The notes beneath the pieces were generated by a model. It was not told the origin of the DNA. It ran no database searches and worked only from the letters and a program-made list of their open reading frames with translations. The translations under genes and the position numbers were made by a program. From contig QPMI01000193.1 of assembly GCA_004431415.1 (NCBI GenBank), positions 116,787 through 180,786 on the forward strand: DNA of 64,000 nt, read 5' to 3'. Origin of the DNA: Cyanophora paradoxa CCMP329 (taxonomy: Eukaryota; Plantae; Glaucophyta). Every line of letters begins with the position of its first letter. Within the stretch, counting starts at the first letter, position 1. Shown in pieces: positions 62,696 to 64,000 of this stretch.

Positions 62696-64000
62696 CGGGG
62701 CGCTGAGGGGCGGGGCGGGCAGTGGCGACGGACACGCTGACGTTCCTCGTCGTGCTGCTCCTGGTCATGCTCGGCTTCTCGCAGCTCATCCACCTCCTCA
62801 TCATCCGCGTCCTCGTCCGCCCCCCGCCTCGCCGCCCCCCTCAATGCCCCACGCCGGCTCATCGCCGGGCCTCGCCAGGAGGAGAACGAGCAGCGGCCGG
62901 GCGACACGGTCCTCCTCATGTTCAAGACCATCCTGGGCGACGCGCGCCCTCCCCCTTTCCCCTCGATTGTAGCCCAGCGCCGCCTCACCTCGCGGGGGCC
63001 GGCGGGGCGCGCAGGGCGACATCGACTTCGTGATCGAGCACTCGTCCACGGTCGGCTTCCTCATCTACTCCTTCTACCTGAGCGCGCCCGCCGCCCCTCC
63101 CCGCCCCGCCCCGCCCGCGTGGGCGCTGACGCCCCGGCCCCGCCAGTCTTCTCCGTCATCATGCTCCTGAACCTGCTCATCGCCGTCTACGGCGGCACCT
63201 ACGGCAAGATCGGTCCGCCCCCTCCGCCCTCCGCCTCCCCCGTGGCCCCCGAGCTGTGTGCCGACCGGCCCCCCCGCAGCGGACCGGGCGGAGAACCAGT
63301 TCCAGTTCACGCGCGCCGAGACCTACCTGGAGTACGCCGGTGCGCCCCCCGCCCGAACTCGCGGCGCGAGGCGGCGGGCAGCGAGCGAGCGAGGCGGGGC
63401 AGGGCGCGAGTACGTGCCGCCCCCGTTCAACCTCATCCAGTTCGCCGTCCGCTGCCTCCTCGAGTGGCCCCTCGGCCTCGTCGACCGGTGCCCCGCGCCG
63501 CGCCGCGCTCAAACGCGAGGCCGGCCGACGCGCCCCGCAGGTGCTTCTGCGTGGACAAGGTTCCGGAGAAGCGGGCGGGGGCGGACGACGACGAGTACGA
63601 GAACGCTGACGAGGAGGAGCCGGCCCCGACGGCGCTCGGCAGGGCCGTCGACGGCCTCGGCACGAAGGTGCGCGACCTCGTGCCATCCGCTCTCGCCCTC
63701 GGCCGACCCCGGACGCGCCCCGGGCGCGCCCCGCCCTGGCCTGCGTGTGCCGCAGGTCTCGTCGGTCGCGCTGCTGCTGGTCCTGTTGCCCTTCGCCGTC
63801 GCCCTCGCGCTCCCCGTCCTCGCCTTCCAGCTGGCGCGCCGAGCCCCGCCGATCGCGCGCGGCGCCGCCGGCGGCTCTGATCGCGGGGGCCGCGGGCGCG
63901 GGCAGATGCGGCACTCGCGGGGCCCCGCCGGCCGCTCCATGGCCGACATCGTCTCCGGCAAGAAGGCGCGCACCGCACACGAGGGGCCCGAAGGCCGCTC
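54297..64000 (+). CDS. Ankyrin-repeat TRP cation channel, very many short exons; start uncertain, 3' end beyond window
   Basis: Ankyrin motifs GETLLMRASRHGNRAAVRVLLKFGADP, KRTALHYA, GADPNAVDARRRTALMYLA and DALGRTALHYAA. Six-TM region with KYFFNVWNVADVIM, LGPLLTIIKNM, pore LLMFKTILGD, S6 IMLLNLLIAVYGGTYGKI, TRP-box-like ENQFQFTRA and box 2 VPPPFNLI. Confidence 0.92.

Overview
This is a GC-rich, intron-dense eukaryotic window, most likely from an alga or protist. The transit-peptide style and short GC-rich introns would fit a glaucophyte such as Cyanophora, but that is inference. From left to right: (1) a divergent gene pair, an organellar-type tryptophanyl-tRNA synthetase (-) and a cysteine-containing LRR/FBXL-like protein (+). 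(2) A ~32-kb nest of transposons. Non-autonomous rolling-circle elements combine Helentron-like subterminal repeats with Helitron-like CTAG ends. One of them carries an 18.66-kb Ty3/Gypsy LTR retrotransposon with apparently identical 256-bp LTRs, a GCGCG TSD and ~8 kb of unrecognisable coding sequence between Gag and protease. Tc1-like and hAT MITEs, a retroposed insert and a palindrome-riddled gene relic follow. (3) A ~4.1-kb direct duplication of a divergent TRAF-like (RING-zf-MATH) / ankyrin-TRP channel gene pair, enclosing a ~9.3-kb lower-GC segment. That segment encodes a large repeat-rich surface protein fused in frame to the second TRAF copy. (4) An ankyrin-repeat TRP channel with a probable jacalin-like insertion, running off the window end. 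Two signals cut across the window: an atypical splice code with frequent GC donors, and short fold-back palindromic insertions that differ between paralogous copies. Exon structures were assembled by eye, and a 1-bp homopolymer deletion in trpS suggests some frameshifts are assembly errors.
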